This document shows positions 31,129 through 41,728 of a stretch of 64,000 nucleotides of DNA, in pieces (within the stretch, counting starts at the first letter, position 1; each line of letters starts with the position of its first letter). The translations under genes were made by a program, and so were the position numbers. This DNA comes from Candidatus Poribacteria bacterium (lineage in GTDB: Bacteria; Poribacteria; WGA-4E; WGA-3G): the NCBI GenBank assembly GCA_965214095.1, contig OZ243938.1:4128001-4192000 (forward strand), in the 5' to 3' direction. The notes under the pieces were generated by a model. That model did not search any database and had not been told where the DNA came from. It was given only the letters and a program-made list of their open reading frames with translations.

Positions 31129-32517
31129 TTACTTGCCAACACAGAACTGTGAGAAGATACGATCCAATATATCTTCTGTTGTTGTTTTTCCTACGATGTC
31201 CCCGAGTGCATCCAGACTTATTCGCAAATCAACAGAAACAAGATCAGGTGGCATCTCGCTTTCTAAGCTTGTGATTACATCATCAAGTGCTTTTTGAGAA
31301 CGTCGCAGAACGTCTTGATGACGCGTGTTAGTAATAATCGGTGAATCTCCGACAACAAAATCTCCACCAAGCAACTCATCAAGGATAGCATTCTTCAGAG
31401 CATCTATACCTATATCTGCCGTAATTGAAGTCTGGATGATACAAGCATTTGGACAATGGTCAGATAACTTCTGTGGATTTGTTAGTATAGGAAGATCAGT
31501 TTTATTTAGAATAAGAATCGCACGGTGGCACTTCGCAACTTCCAGTAATTCAATATCCGATTCATTCAATAGTTCTGATGCATCGAACATTAAGAGTAGT
31601 AATTCTACTTTATCAAGAACGTCTCTGCTCCGTTGAACACCTTGCTGTTCAACGATATCATCCGTTTGTCTGATTCCTGCTGTATCAACCAGATTGATAG
31701 GAATTCCACCGATATTAATTGTTTCCTCAATTGTGTCGCGTGTAGTTCCTGGTATGTCTGTGACTATGGCACGTGCAGTGGTTAGTAGGGCATTAAATAG
31801 GCTTGATTTTCCAACATTCGGTTTTCCTAATATGCCAACGTTAACACCTTCCTTGATAATTCTCCCTTCTGAAGCAGATTCTATCAACTGCGTTATATCC
31901 GCTTGGACTGTTCGCGCTGTCTGAAGTTGTGCGTCAACTTTCATAAAATCAAGGTCTTCATCAGGAAAGTCAATTGACGCTTCTATTTCTGCTAATAACT
32001 CTGCAAGACGATCACTTAGTTGATTAACACTTTCAGATAGTTTTCCAGAAAGAGCATCAACAGCGATTCTTCTGCTGAGTTCCGTTTTAGAACTGATGAG
32101 ATCTGCTACCGCCTCAGCCTGGGCAAGGTCTAGTCTTCCGTTGAGAAAAGCACGTTTTGTAAACTCCCCGGGTTCTGCGAGTCTTGCACCTGCTTCTACG
32201 ACCAATTCAAGAACTGATGTTAATGGAATAGAACCACCGTGGCAGTTGAATTCCACAATATCTTCAGTAGTATATGTATTGGGTGCATGCATCACTCCGA
32301 GCAGTATTTCGTCAACGATTTCGTCAGAAGCAGACGTGTCAATGACATATCCGTGTATAAGCGAGTGTGATGGTATTTCGTTGAGTAAAATGGCGCGGGA
32401 AGGACGAAACAGTTTGGATGCGATTTGGATTGCAAGCGAACCACTGACGCGTACTATCCCGATGCCGCCTTCACCTCGTGGTGTCGCAATGGCAGCGATG
32501 GTATCGTCAAATCTCAT
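31129..32517 (-). CDS. mnmE: tRNA modification GTPase MnmE
   Basis: DTIAAIATP.G.GGIGIVRVSG, GKPNVGKSSL, IPGTTRD, DTAG, NKTD, FCVGK. Confidence 0.98.
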   Translation of the reverse strand: MRFDDTIAAIATPRGEGGIGIVRVSGSLAIQIASKLFRPSRAILLNEIPSHSLIHGYVIDTSASDEIVDEILLGVMHAPNTYTTEDIVEFNCHGGSIPLTSVLELVVEAGARLAEPGEFTKRAFLNGRLDLAQAEAVADLISSKTELSRRIAVDALSGKLSESVNQLSDRLAELLAEIEASIDFPDEDLDFMKVDAQLQTARTVQADITQLIESASEGRIIKEGVNVGILGKPNVGKSSLFNALLTTARAIVTDIPGTTRDTIEETINIGGIPINLVDTAGIRQTDDIVEQQGVQRSRDVLDKVELLLLMFDASELLNESDIELLEVAKCHRAILILNKTDLPILTNPQKLSDHCPNACIIQTSITADIGIDALKNAILDELLGGDFVVGDSPIITNTRHQDVLRRSQKALDDVITSLESEMPPDLVSVDLRISLDALGDIVGKTTTEDILDRIFSQFCVGK

Positions 32518-32610
32518 AGTGCAATCCTGTTATATGGATATACTAGACAAGGTTAGCAAGGACTCGGTCAAATAGGTTTGAAATCTCACAAGTTTACTGA
32601 ATAGTTAAGG

Positions 32611-33237
32611 TCAATAGTTGTCTTGTGTTGCAACAACAACACGTCGCATATCACCTTCTCCTTGACTAAAGGTTGAGATGGAATCATCAGATTGTAGAGC
32701 GAGATGAACAATGCGTCGATCCTTAGCTGACATTGGTGCAAGGACAGCATCTTGTCGTGTCCGTCTGACCTTTGCTGCAACCTGATGGGCAAGGTCAACG
32801 AGAGACTGTTCTCTCCGTTCACGGTAACCTTCTGTATCAACAAATACCTTTTTCTTTGCAAGTGCATTTTTATTGATGATACAGTTGAGGATCCTTTCTA
32901 TAGCATCAAGTGTTTGTCCATGTTTTCCTATTAGAAGTGCTGGGGAGTCGGTTACCATGTCAAGGTGCAGACTACCGTCAATATGATCGGAATTAACCTC
33001 ACCCTCAATTCCAATGCGCGTAAGTATTTCTTTCAATACAGTTTCAGGTGCAGTCGTTACATCTTCTTTGAGAGTCGCACGGACTTTTGCAGGCTTTGCC
33101 CCAAAACTCAAAATGCCTTTAGTCGGTTCATTAATGATGATGATATTGACATGTTCGCGAGTTGTATCCAGTTCATTGAGTGCAAGATCAATAGCCTCTT
33201 CTACCGTTTCTGCTTCAGATTCAATATAGTTTTGCAA
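32611..33237 (-). CDS. jag: RNA-binding protein Jag/KhpB (EloR)
   Basis: Jag_N (TVEEAIDLAL), KH (LLIGKHGQTLDA), R3H (DRRIVHLAL...SQGEG). Confidence 0.93.
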   Translation of the reverse strand: MQNYIESEAETVEEAIDLALNELDTTREHVNIIIINEPTKGILSFGAKPAKVRATLKEDVTTAPETVLKEILTRIGIEGEVNSDHIDGSLHLDMVTDSPALLIGKHGQTLDAIERILNCIINKNALAKKKVFVDTEGYRERREQSLVDLAHQVAAKVRRTRQDAVLAPMSAKDRRIVHLALQSDDSISTFSQGEGDMRRVVVATQDNY

Positions 33238-33294
33238 GTGGCAACTCTCCTTTCATAAACAATCAGAAGATATTATATAACATCTATGTTAATC

Positions 33295-35130
33295 TTATTT
33301 TCGTTTCAGTGTATTTTCTTGTATATCGGGTTCACCATCGTGGAAATATTTTGTTTGTATATACTGTTGTGCAACAGTAAAGACATTATTGCAAAGCCAG
33401 TATAACACAAAACCGGAAGCCCAGTTGTAAAAAAGGAACACGAAGATTAGTGGCATAAACTGCATGATCTTAGCCTGTGTATTTGTCGTTGGGGGAGTTG
33501 CAGACATTCCTCCAACAAATTTCTGTTGAAGCCATGTGGTCAAACCATTTAGTATTGGCAAGAACCGTATTGCATCTATCTGTGTGAAAATCAATGGTAT
33601 AGTAAAGGGAAGTTCTATTAGCACATCGGGGGCAGACAAGTCATCAATCCAGAAGAAGAAAGGCGCGCCCCGCAATTCAACTGCACTTCCAAGTAGTGAA
33701 AAAAGTGCCCAGAAAATAGGGAGTTGTGGTAACCACGGGATACACCCACTTAATGGATTAACACCGTTTTCCTTATAGATACGCATTGTTGCTTTATTTA
33801 GTCTTTGTGGGTCATCCCGATATTTTTCCTTAAGTTCAACTAATTGCGGTTGTAGTTGCTGCATCTTCTTCATAGAAACATGCGCTTTTCGCGTAAGTGG
33901 AAAAGATATGATTTTCACTAATGCAGTCAAGATAATGATAGATAAACCATAGTTTTGAAACACTTTGTACAATTGTTTGACTAACCAGAGCATTCCCCAT
34001 GCAACAGGTCCGAAAAAACCGAAATCTATAACTTTAGAAAGAGCGAGAGAAGATTCGGGTGCGTTCGGCGCGACAATCTGTTTAAGCATTGCATCATCTT
34101 TGGGGCCGACATATAGACGAAATGTATGCGTTTGCATATTCTGAGATGATAGTTGAAAACTTGGTAATCTCAAACTAACTGTCTCTGTAGCAGCCGCAAT
34201 GAGAATATCTTTCTGTCCATTTGGTTTTGGACTATCCAATTTATAGGTTGCCTCAAGTTGCGGGTCGGGAATCATTATTGCACTAAAATAATTACTATTA
34301 ATCCCTGCCCAGAGAACAGTCGCATACACGAGTTCATTTTTCAGTTCGCGTTTAGGTTTTCCTGTACCGACATAAGCCCTTGCCCCTTCGGCTCCACGAC
34401 GACCAGGTTTTCCTGACTTTTTTTCGTGTATGAGCAGGTCAGCGTTGATTCCTGGTCCCCATCGCAGTTCGTAACCATTTGCAGGTTCAATTCCACCAAT
34501 ATGCAACGGCGTAGAATCTTCTTTCAAGTTTTGAAACATTACATCTAAATCTACTGTATAACTGTTGTTATAAAAGGTGAACCTTTTTGATATTTCTAAT
34601 TGGTCTTTGATTGTAGTTGTGAATGTAAGCGTATCTTGATTTCTTGTCTCATTGAGTTCAATGTTCTTCTTATCTGCTGTCCACTCAGCGCGTCGCAAAT
34701 CTAAATCAAATTGCAGGTCTTTATTACCCAGTTTTAGTGCGAGACAGTTGAGGGCAGTCTCAGGTATAAGGTTCAAAGGAGTATCAGTAGTGTCGGTTGA
34801 TCTGTCAGGGAATCGTAGGTTCCCATTTTCCTTCTTTTCCACCAAATCCCACCGGTGAGCGATCGCCAATTTCTCGTTAAATGTAACAGCATAGGTATTC
34901 GTTTGAACCTTGACAATTGGGTCATCAGGATTAACCTGAAAAGTAAGCTGCTGTCCCGAATCAGTTAAATCTGCTTCATTGGGTTCAACGCCGGGGATGT
35001 CGTCTTGTGGTGTCTGTTCAGTTATTGGTATTTCTTCTTGTTCTGGTGCAAAGCGATTGCCAAATATTAGTGTCCATGCAATCATGACTGCAAGCATTAG
35101 AACAACTGCAAGGATATATCGTGATCCCAT
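33295..35130 (-). CDS. yidC: Membrane protein insertase YidC
   Basis: LYVGPK, IDFGFF, NYGLSIIILT, NPLSGC, ELRGAPF.WIDDLS.PD, LYWLCNN. Confidence 0.97.
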   Translation of the reverse strand: MGSRYILAVVLMLAVMIAWTLIFGNRFAPEQEEIPITEQTPQDDIPGVEPNEADLTDSGQQLTFQVNPDDPIVKVQTNTYAVTFNEKLAIAHRWDLVEKKENGNLRFPDRSTDTTDTPLNLIPETALNCLALKLGNKDLQFDLDLRRAEWTADKKNIELNETRNQDTLTFTTTIKDQLEISKRFTFYNNSYTVDLDVMFQNLKEDSTPLHIGGIEPANGYELRWGPGINADLLIHEKKSGKPGRRGAEGARAYVGTGKPKRELKNELVYATVLWAGINSNYFSAIMIPDPQLEATYKLDSPKPNGQKDILIAAATETVSLRLPSFQLSSQNMQTHTFRLYVGPKDDAMLKQIVAPNAPESSLALSKVIDFGFFGPVAWGMLWLVKQLYKVFQNYGLSIIILTALVKIISFPLTRKAHVSMKKMQQLQPQLVELKEKYRDDPQRLNKATMRIYKENGVNPLSGCIPWLPQLPIFWALFSLLGSAVELRGAPFFFWIDDLSAPDVLIELPFTIPLIFTQIDAIRFLPILNGLTTWLQQKFVGGMSATPPTTNTQAKIMQFMPLIFVFLFYNWASGFVLYWLCNNVFTVAQQYIQTKYFHDGEPDIQENTLKRK

Positions 35131-35213
35131 TTAAATTTAGATGCTCCTATTTTCTATTAATTTGCGAAATTCGTGTTATTCCTTATACGCAAGCGGTAAA
35201 AGTAAATATATAG

Positions 35214-35423
35214 TTACTTGAGTGGATCGAATCCTCCTGGATGATAAGGATGGCATTTAATCAATCTCTTTATTGTTAACCAACTACCTTTAAAGGTGCC
35301 ATACTTTTCAAAGGCTTGTAGTGCGTAGTGTGAACAGGTCGGATGAAAACGACACGATGGTGGTAATAATGGGGAGATAAAGCGGCGATACCCGCGTATT
35401 ATGTAGAGAACGAAGCGGCTCAT
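35214..35423 (-). CDS. yidD: Membrane protein insertion efficiency factor YidD
   Basis: [22 protein letters not shown]...[12 protein letters not shown]. Confidence 0.95.
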   Translation of the reverse strand: MSRFVLYIIRGYRRFISPLLPPSCRFHPTCSHYALQAFEKYGTFKGSWLTIKRLIKCHPYHPGGFDPLK

Positions 35424-35537
35424 TTTAATTATTTATTACGTGCGCTTGAGGACACTTTGACCAACAATCCGTATGTTCCCTCAAACCGATTAATATCAAA
35501 CACACATTCACCACAGAGATTATATATCAAGTACTCT

Positions 35538-35900
35538 CTATTTACTTTCTTGTGCGTTCCTTAAGATAGATGCTCTGCGAAATAGTTTGTGGAAACTTTC
35601 ACGGACTTGATGCACTGAAAGCCTGCAAGCGGCTTTTCTGCCAACAATGACAATATCATAGTGCGGCAGAAGTTCTATCTTAAGCGGACGAAACGCTTCA
35701 CGAATGAGCCTTTTGACACGATTCCTCTGGACACTTTTTCCTACTTTTTTGCTGACGGTTATTCCCAAGCGAGGCTGTCTTAATTGTGTGTGGTAGACAT
35801 AAATGACGAAGTAGGTATCCCAGTATTTTTCACCTTTCTTATATGCTCTTTGAAATTCCCATGACTTCTTCAGTCTATAAGGATGAGGTTGATAGGACAT
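35538..35900 (-). CDS. rnpA: Ribonuclease P protein component
   Basis: RLKKSWEF, RLGITVSKKVGKSVQRNRVKRLIRE. Confidence 0.96.
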   Translation of the reverse strand: MSYQPHPYRLKKSWEFQRAYKKGEKYWDTYFVIYVYHTQLRQPRLGITVSKKVGKSVQRNRVKRLIREAFRPLKIELLPHYDIVIVGRKAACRLSVHQVRESFHKLFRRASILRNAQESK

Positions 35901-35970
35901 ATTGTCAGTGCATAGTCAAATTGACTTTTACCACTTCATCGTGCTTTACTGCAAACTTTACGTTTTTCAG

Positions 35971-36483
35971 TTAATTAATGTAAAGATACTTTTTCCACGA
36001 TGGATGATACCCACGAAAATGACGGTTGAGCTGCAAATAGGTCAAAATTGAAGGTGTTTTCGGTGCACGTCTCAACTTGAACTGCGTATCATGAAGCATC
36101 TGATTACCTTTCCTGTTATTGCATCGTTTGCATGCGGTCACAACATTCTCCCACGTCGTTTTTCCACCCTTTGAAATTGGGATGACATGATCAAGCGTGA
36201 GCATGGATGCAGTAAGTTCACGATGGCAGTACTGACAAGTATGCTGGTCACGTGCAAGTACGTTTTTCCGTGAAAACTTCACGACACTGCGCGGTACATG
36301 CACGTAATTTACTAAACGTATTACGTGCGGCACTTTGACTGCGGTTGATGGTGATTGTATTTCTTTTTCAGACACTTCTTCTGTCTGTGCTGTACCCTTG
36401 AATACCATTTTCAAGGCGCGTCTGAGATTGCAAACATTGATAGCTTCATAGCTTGCATTTAGTACCAAAACGGTGACTTCCAC
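35971..36483 (-). CDS. HNH endonuclease (HNH_5/McrA-like)
   Basis: VLVLNASY, FSRKNVLARDQHTCQYC, TLDHVIP.SKGG..WENVVTACKRCNNRKG. GAGGAGG RBS before GTG 36483. Confidence 0.9.
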   Translation of the reverse strand: MEVTVLVLNASYEAINVCNLRRALKMVFKGTAQTEEVSEKEIQSPSTAVKVPHVIRLVNYVHVPRSVVKFSRKNVLARDQHTCQYCHRELTASMLTLDHVIPISKGGKTTWENVVTACKRCNNRKGNQMLHDTQFKLRRAPKTPSILTYLQLNRHFRGYHPSWKKYLYIN

Positions 36484-36593
36484 TCGCCTGTCCTCCTCTA
36501 CAAGCAAGGCGTTCAGACTTTACGCAATCTAATTTTACCACATCTAAATGGGAATTGCAACTAAAAATCGGGCAATGATATTTATAACGTGTC

Positions 36594-36812
36594 TCATCTC
36601 TTTCTATCTAAGATGGCACTTTCTATGGCATTTATAACAAGTTGAAGCGATTGGAAATATTCCATCTCTGCTTTAATGAGGCAACTCGTTTCTCCTAACC
36701 CACCGTTTTCACGCATTTTAGCAAGTACATTCCAGTTTTGCGTAAGCCTTTGATTTGCTTGATCAAGCTGACAAAAATGTGAATCGGAAATCATGTTTTT
36801 TTCAGGAGCCAT
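36594..36812 (-). CDS. Small hypothetical protein
   Basis: GAGG RBS before ATG 36812 (MAPEKN...). Helical composition and no recognisable family. Confidence 0.45.
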   Translation of the reverse strand: MAPEKNMISDSHFCQLDQANQRLTQNWNVLAKMRENGGLGETSCLIKAEMEYFQSLQLVINAIESAILDRKR

Positions 36813-37005
36813 AAGAATATCCTCTATTTTCTGTAACTGATAACTTCTGGTGTGATTAATTGAGTATAACAAATATTAACTATATTAAGCAACAAAAAAA
36901 TAATAATTAGTTAACAACAAGATGTTTTTTCTAAGAAATCGGCTTTTGGTTAGAGATAAGTAGCAAGGAATGGTGGATATTGGAAATTATTTTTCTATTC
37001 AATAT

Positions 37006-37030
37006 CGGTGAGGTTAGGAGACCTCGCCTA
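37006..37030 (-). repeat. Degenerate GTAG-family REP hairpin
   Basis: CGGTGAGGTTAGGAGACCTCGCCTA, related to the 2849-2877 and 44497-44525 hairpins. Confidence 0.65.
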
Positions 37031-37055
37031 TTGAGGGAAGAATGTGTCAAATTAT

Positions 37056-37841
37056 TTAGGTTCTTCTGGCTTTGACTGCGTACATTGGCCACGAAAAATA
37101 GAAATCATCACCTGCGGGTTCAATAGTATATTGCTTTTTTGCGTCATCAGGAGATAGCATTGCAAAGGCATCCCGGATTTCTTGTACAACTTCTGGTGGG
37201 TTTTTTCGCGGACGCACCCACCACAAAAATGACATCTGAGCATTACGCGTATGTACGGCATCCTCAATTTCAAATCCAGCATCTATAAACATTTTATCCC
37301 ACTGAGATGGTGGATAACCAAATACATGAGAATTGTCGCGTAATTTCTCCACGCGGTTTTGCCACGCAATTAACTTTTCTGATTCAGGCGAGACAGAATC
37401 TACAAGGCAAAAAAGACCTGCTGTTCGAAGGACACGGTGGACCTCGCTCAAGAATCTGGGGACATCTTGAAAGTGATGAGGTGCAAGTCGGCAGGTAACT
37501 AAATCAAATGAAGCAGTAGCAAACGGCAGGGATTCCGCTGCAGCGACCGAAAACATAACATTCTCTATCGCTTGTTCCTGTGCTAAATCGGATGCTTTAG
37601 CTACCATCTCCGGTGTAAGATCTGTTGCAACAACATTGGACACTTTTGGTGCAAGTGCGAACGCAGTAAAGCCTGTACCTGTAGCAATATCAAGCGTTTT
37701 TTCTGAACCTTTCGGTTCTGCGAAGTCAAGGATTACCTCAAGGGTGTCTCCTTGCGCGTGTGCACTACTTTGTGCATAATACTCAGCATGTTGGCTAAAC
37801 TGTTCACGGACAGATGTGTGTACAGATTTCATGTCATTCAT
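37056..37841 (-). CDS. Class I SAM-dependent methyltransferase (YcgJ/UbiE-like)
   Basis: LDIATGTG, VATDLTPEM, AESLPF...FDLVTCRLAPHHF, RVLRTAG. Confidence 0.9.
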   Translation of the reverse strand: MNDMKSVHTSVREQFSQHAEYYAQSSAHAQGDTLEVILDFAEPKGSEKTLDIATGTGFTAFALAPKVSNVVATDLTPEMVAKASDLAQEQAIENVMFSVAAAESLPFATASFDLVTCRLAPHHFQDVPRFLSEVHRVLRTAGLFCLVDSVSPESEKLIAWQNRVEKLRDNSHVFGYPPSQWDKMFIDAGFEIEDAVHTRNAQMSFLWWVRPRKNPPEVVQEIRDAFAMLSPDDAKKQYTIEPAGDDFYFSWPMYAVKARRT

Positions 37842-37867
37842 TCACTTTTTGTGAAATAGGAAAGGTA

Positions 37868-38974
37868 TTAATTGAAGAGGATAACACCACGGGCATTTTC
37901 ACCGGCTTGCATATCAGCAAATGCTTCATTAATCTGATCAAGTTGATAGTGACGTGTTATCAACTCGTCTAATTTCAACTTACCTTCGGTGTATAAATTG
38001 AGAAGTTTCGGCATATCCACACGTGGATGACAAGAACCGTAGAATGAACCGATAATCTGTTTTTCAGTTGTAACGAAGTGCTGTGCGGGGATACTGAATT
38101 CCTTTTCATGATGCGTTATTCCGACAATTACGGCAGTTCCCGCTGCGCGTACCATACGATATGCCTGTACAATTGTATCTGGATTCCCGATCACTTCAAA
38201 AGCATAATCTACACCACGACCATCTGTCAATTCCCGTACGGCTTCAACGGGATCAACACCAGTAGCGTTAACAACATCCGTAGCACCAAATTTCTTTGCA
38301 AACTCAAGTTTCTTTTCAGTAATGTCAACAGCGATTATCTTTTCAGCTTGTGCGAGGACAGCACCTTGAATGGCATTTAAGCCTACTCCACCTGTTCCAA
38401 TAACTGCGACGGAACTACCAGGTTCAACTTTTGCAGTGTTTAGGACAGCACCGACACCAGTTGTTACACCACATCCGACAAGTGCTGCTTTTTCCAACGA
38501 GAAATGTGGGTCTATTTTGACAAGGTTTTGATGTGGCACGACCATGTATTCCGCCATCGTTGCGATACGTGCCATCTGAAGGATGCCTTCACCAGATTTG
38601 TTGTAGAGACGATAAGTGCCATCTAATTGAAATCCGCGCGCGACGTTATAACTTTCACACAGACATACCTTTTCCATTTGACACATAGGACAGTTACCGC
38701 AATAAGTAACAAATGACAGAATCACATGGTCTCCAACATGAAAGTCTGTTACATCATTGCCAACGTGTTCTACAACACCTGCCCCTTCATGTCCAAGAAC
38801 AACTGCTGCATCGTAGTAGATAGCACCTGTGACAACGGATAGGTCAGAATGGCAGACCCCGCTCGCGGCAGTTCGGACAAGAACTTCATTAGATTTCGGT
38901 TCTTCTAACTCCAAGTCCTCAACAACTACAGGATGATTGTGTTCATACATTACAGCGGCACGTGTTTTCATCAT
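37868..38974 (-). CDS. Zn-dependent alcohol dehydrogenase
   Basis: GVCHSD, LGHEGAG, CGNCPMC..C, GCGVTTG, IGTGGVG. Confidence 0.93.
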   Translation of the reverse strand: MMKTRAAVMYEHNHPVVVEDLELEEPKSNEVLVRTAASGVCHSDLSVVTGAIYYDAAVVLGHEGAGVVEHVGNDVTDFHVGDHVILSFVTYCGNCPMCQMEKVCLCESYNVARGFQLDGTYRLYNKSGEGILQMARIATMAEYMVVPHQNLVKIDPHFSLEKAALVGCGVTTGVGAVLNTAKVEPGSSVAVIGTGGVGLNAIQGAVLAQAEKIIAVDITEKKLEFAKKFGATDVVNATGVDPVEAVRELTDGRGVDYAFEVIGNPDTIVQAYRMVRAAGTAVIVGITHHEKEFSIPAQHFVTTEKQIIGSFYGSCHPRVDMPKLLNLYTEGKLKLDELITRHYQLDQINEAFADMQAGENARGVILFN

Positions 38975-38985
38975 ACCCTCTAAGA

Positions 38986-39795
38986 TTACTGATTATGTAG
39001 TAATGACTCCAGATAATTTCTTGCTTTTCGCATGGACTCAATCGGGTCCGATTCTCCTTCATAGACGACTGAAAGGCATCCGTTATATCCAACACCTTGT
39101 AAAATGTCTAAAATGCGTGGATAATCTAACCATTCTTCAACACCACTATCAATCTGATAAAACTTTGTTCGTACATAAACAGCATGTGGTGCAGTTTGTT
39201 CAATGCTTGCGTAGCAGTCGTAACCTGGATGTGATGAGCCGCGATGTCCACTTGCTCCGGGTGAACCTGCATATTGTCCAGTATCCAAGATATGTGTGAA
39301 ATAGGGGTGATCGGTTTCATTTAACGCTCGTAGAACAGCATCCCCATCACGGGTGACGTTATTGTGGTTGTGGTTCTGCAGACCAACAAGAATCCCAGAT
39401 TCGTAACCGTATTCAGCGACCTCTTTGAAACCTTCAATCATCGGAGACCACAACGTTTCTTCATCTTCACAATCCGCGGGGACATAAGCAGCGAATACAC
39501 GTACAATCGGACAACTCATAAATGCAGCAACGTCGATCCATTTCTTGATTAGGGCAATCTGTTCTGGATGTTCTGCAACTGGTTTGCCAAAGTTATTACT
39601 GATACCGATGTAGCCTAATGGTAGACCTTTTCGCATAAGGTCTTTCTTCAGGTCACGTAGATAGTTAACATCAGTAGATTCAAATGCTCTATAATGCAAT
39701 TCTATAACATCATACCCAAGGTCATATACGATCTGTGCAAAGTCCGTTGCTTTAGCACCTTTGACATTTAAAGACATAGTGCCAATCTTCATCAT
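38986..39795 (-). CDS. Sugar phosphate isomerase/epimerase (xylose-isomerase-like TIM barrel)
   Basis: GYDVIEL, IVRVF, LQNH, ILDTG, GYNGCLSVVYEG. Confidence 0.85.
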   Translation of the reverse strand: MMKIGTMSLNVKGAKATDFAQIVYDLGYDVIELHYRAFESTDVNYLRDLKKDLMRKGLPLGYIGISNNFGKPVAEHPEQIALIKKWIDVAAFMSCPIVRVFAAYVPADCEDEETLWSPMIEGFKEVAEYGYESGILVGLQNHNHNNVTRDGDAVLRALNETDHPYFTHILDTGQYAGSPGASGHRGSSHPGYDCYASIEQTAPHAVYVRTKFYQIDSGVEEWLDYPRILDILQGVGYNGCLSVVYEGESDPIESMRKARNYLESLLHNQ

Positions 39796-39837
39796 GAAAG
39801 GTGACTCCTTTCAACTTTAAGTGTTGTTGTGCCTGAG

Positions 39838-40749
39838 TTAATTTTCAGAGTTGAAATTATCCGTATCATCACTGACTTCTTGTAGCAAGGCTTGAGTCTG
39901 TCGATTTGATGTTCTAAAATAAGTTGCCAATGTTTGTCGCAACTTGTCAAGTTGATGACGGTCATTTTCAAGAGAGTTAATCCGTTTGTCAAAATCTTCT
40001 AATATATTAAGCTGATCAAAGATATCCTGTAGCAGTTTCTCTTGTTCTCGGTATCGTTGTTGTTCTTCCTCTAATGATTGTACTTTTTCATTCATTGAAG
40101 TGAGATTGTCTGTTACCTCTTTCAATTCAGCTTGCAACGATCGAGTGAAGGTTATTAATTTTTCCAACGTATTCGTTGTTTTATAAACAGGAATATCTGG
40201 ATTTGATGTAGCGAAGTTTGTAGGGATTATAGGGATTATAGGTTTGTCTTCTGTAGGTAACATATCTTGTGTATTTTCTGCAGTCGGTGTATCAGATTCA
40301 ATTTCATCAGGAATCTCAGTTTCTATATCTGTACTCTCGGATGATTGAATAGGAGAAATTCCCAGTAGTTTAATATTATAGGCAGCGGGAATATAACTCT
40401 CTTTTCGTTCGGTATAAGTAATTTGAACTCGGAGTTCCTGATCTACCTGTAGAGAATTGAGATGTGTATGGATATTTCGTATTGCGACTTCATTATACCC
40501 GAAAGCTTGATTTGATTTTGGATTTAACTGCCGTAGATAACGGTAGAGTTCCATCACATCAGAGCTTTCTCGCGATATCCCTTCTTTCGTCAAAATCCCA
40601 ATTATGTCGTTATCCTCAGCATCTGAAACTTGCATATTCGGTAAGACAATATCTAATGGTACTTCGCCTTGAATTGCTTTCATGCCAAGTGACCATTTGT
40701 TGTCTGCGAGCCTACCACTGAATGCTATGAAGTCGTAAGTAATTGTCAT
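39838..40749 (-). CDS. Hypothetical protein with C-terminal coiled coil
   Basis: 303-aa ORF with an acidic linker and heptad-rich C-terminus. Confidence 0.65.
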   Translation of the reverse strand: MTITYDFIAFSGRLADNKWSLGMKAIQGEVPLDIVLPNMQVSDAEDNDIIGILTKEGISRESSDVMELYRYLRQLNPKSNQAFGYNEVAIRNIHTHLNSLQVDQELRVQITYTERKESYIPAAYNIKLLGISPIQSSESTDIETEIPDEIESDTPTAENTQDMLPTEDKPIIPIIPTNFATSNPDIPVYKTTNTLEKLITFTRSLQAELKEVTDNLTSMNEKVQSLEEEQQRYREQEKLLQDIFDQLNILEDFDKRINSLENDRHQLDKLRQTLATYFRTSNRQTQALLQEVSDDTDNFNSEN

Positions 40750-40782
40750 AGTTTATACCATTCTAATAATATTTCAACAGAT

Positions 40783-41115
40783 CTATAATTCAAATACGGG
40801 TTCCATCTGTGTCCACCATTCATCCGATTGAGCTTCTTCAACAGGTTCTTGGAATGTTCGCATTAATTCATCCCATTCTCTACATTTAGGATGTTCTTCA
40901 AGATAACGAGGAAAATCGCGTTCTATGTCAAAAGTATCAACGGTTTCCATCGCCATAAACAACTGTCTTCCTAACAGATAGATATTCATTTTCGTGATAC
41001 CGACAGCCTTTAAAGCTGCTAACGTTTCTTTCCAAGCATCCCGGTGGTACGCTTTATATTGTTCAATTAATTCGGGGTCGTCTTTTAGGTTTATTGTTAA
41101 ACCAAAGTGTTTCAT
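40783..41115 (-). CDS. L-rhamnose mutarotase family protein
   Basis: LKDDPELIEQYKAYH..W...GITKMNIY...LFM...WW..MEPVF. Confidence 0.85.
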   Translation of the reverse strand: MKHFGLTINLKDDPELIEQYKAYHRDAWKETLAALKAVGITKMNIYLLGRQLFMAMETVDTFDIERDFPRYLEEHPKCREWDELMRTFQEPVEEAQSDEWWTQMEPVFEL

Positions 41116-41567
41116 TTTCTTTCTTCTAACGCCTTTATAATGATATCTTTATGGTCAAAAGCTAGCATGGGTAAATCTGCTGTAGAAAACCAGGAGACCT
41201 CCGCTGCATCAGAACCCGCGACTGCTTCCTGTTGATCAGATTGAACTATCCCCATATAAGCGATAGTGATTACCCGTCCGCGTGGATCACGATCTGGTTC
41301 TCCATAAGCACCTATTTGTGTCAAAACCACGTCTGATATACCCGTTTCCTCGTGTAACTCCCTAAGTGCACTCTCTTGGAGGGATTCATCCATTTCCAGA
41401 AATCCACCTGGAAGTGCCCACAAGTCTTTGAAAGGTGGGTTCTTACGACGTATCAGTAAGACTTGTGGATACGGCGACGTATCCATAAAGAGCACAATAT
41501 CAACAGTAACTGAGGGACGTGGGTAATCGTAGCAATACACTTTATTATGCATAGTATCAGATTTCAA
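41112..41567 (-). CDS. NUDIX hydrolase
   Basis: PSVTVD, WALPGGF...ES..ESALRELHEETG Nudix box, RDPRGRVI, LAFDH. Confidence 0.93.
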   Translation of the reverse strand: MKSDTMHNKVYCYDYPRPSVTVDIVLFMDTSPYPQVLLIRRKNPPFKDLWALPGGFLEMDESLQESALRELHEETGISDVVLTQIGAYGEPDRDPRGRVITIAYMGIVQSDQQEAVAGSDAAEVSWFSTADLPMLAFDHKDIIIKALEERK

Positions 41568-41728
41568 TTTATTTTGTCAATTCATTTTTCTAAATAAGGG
41601 AGTGTATATTCATTTTAACTTGAAATTACGCTATTGTTTATGAGATAATTGACATTATAAGAACTTTAGTTCGGTTGAATTGCCTACCAAACTATGTATA
41701 CATTATACTGAAATATTGGATGTGTGAG

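Noticed and set aside
35424-37050. Replication origin next to the rnpA-mnmE cluster
   Set aside because: No dnaA or dnaN, and no cluster of TTATCCACA boxes is visible.
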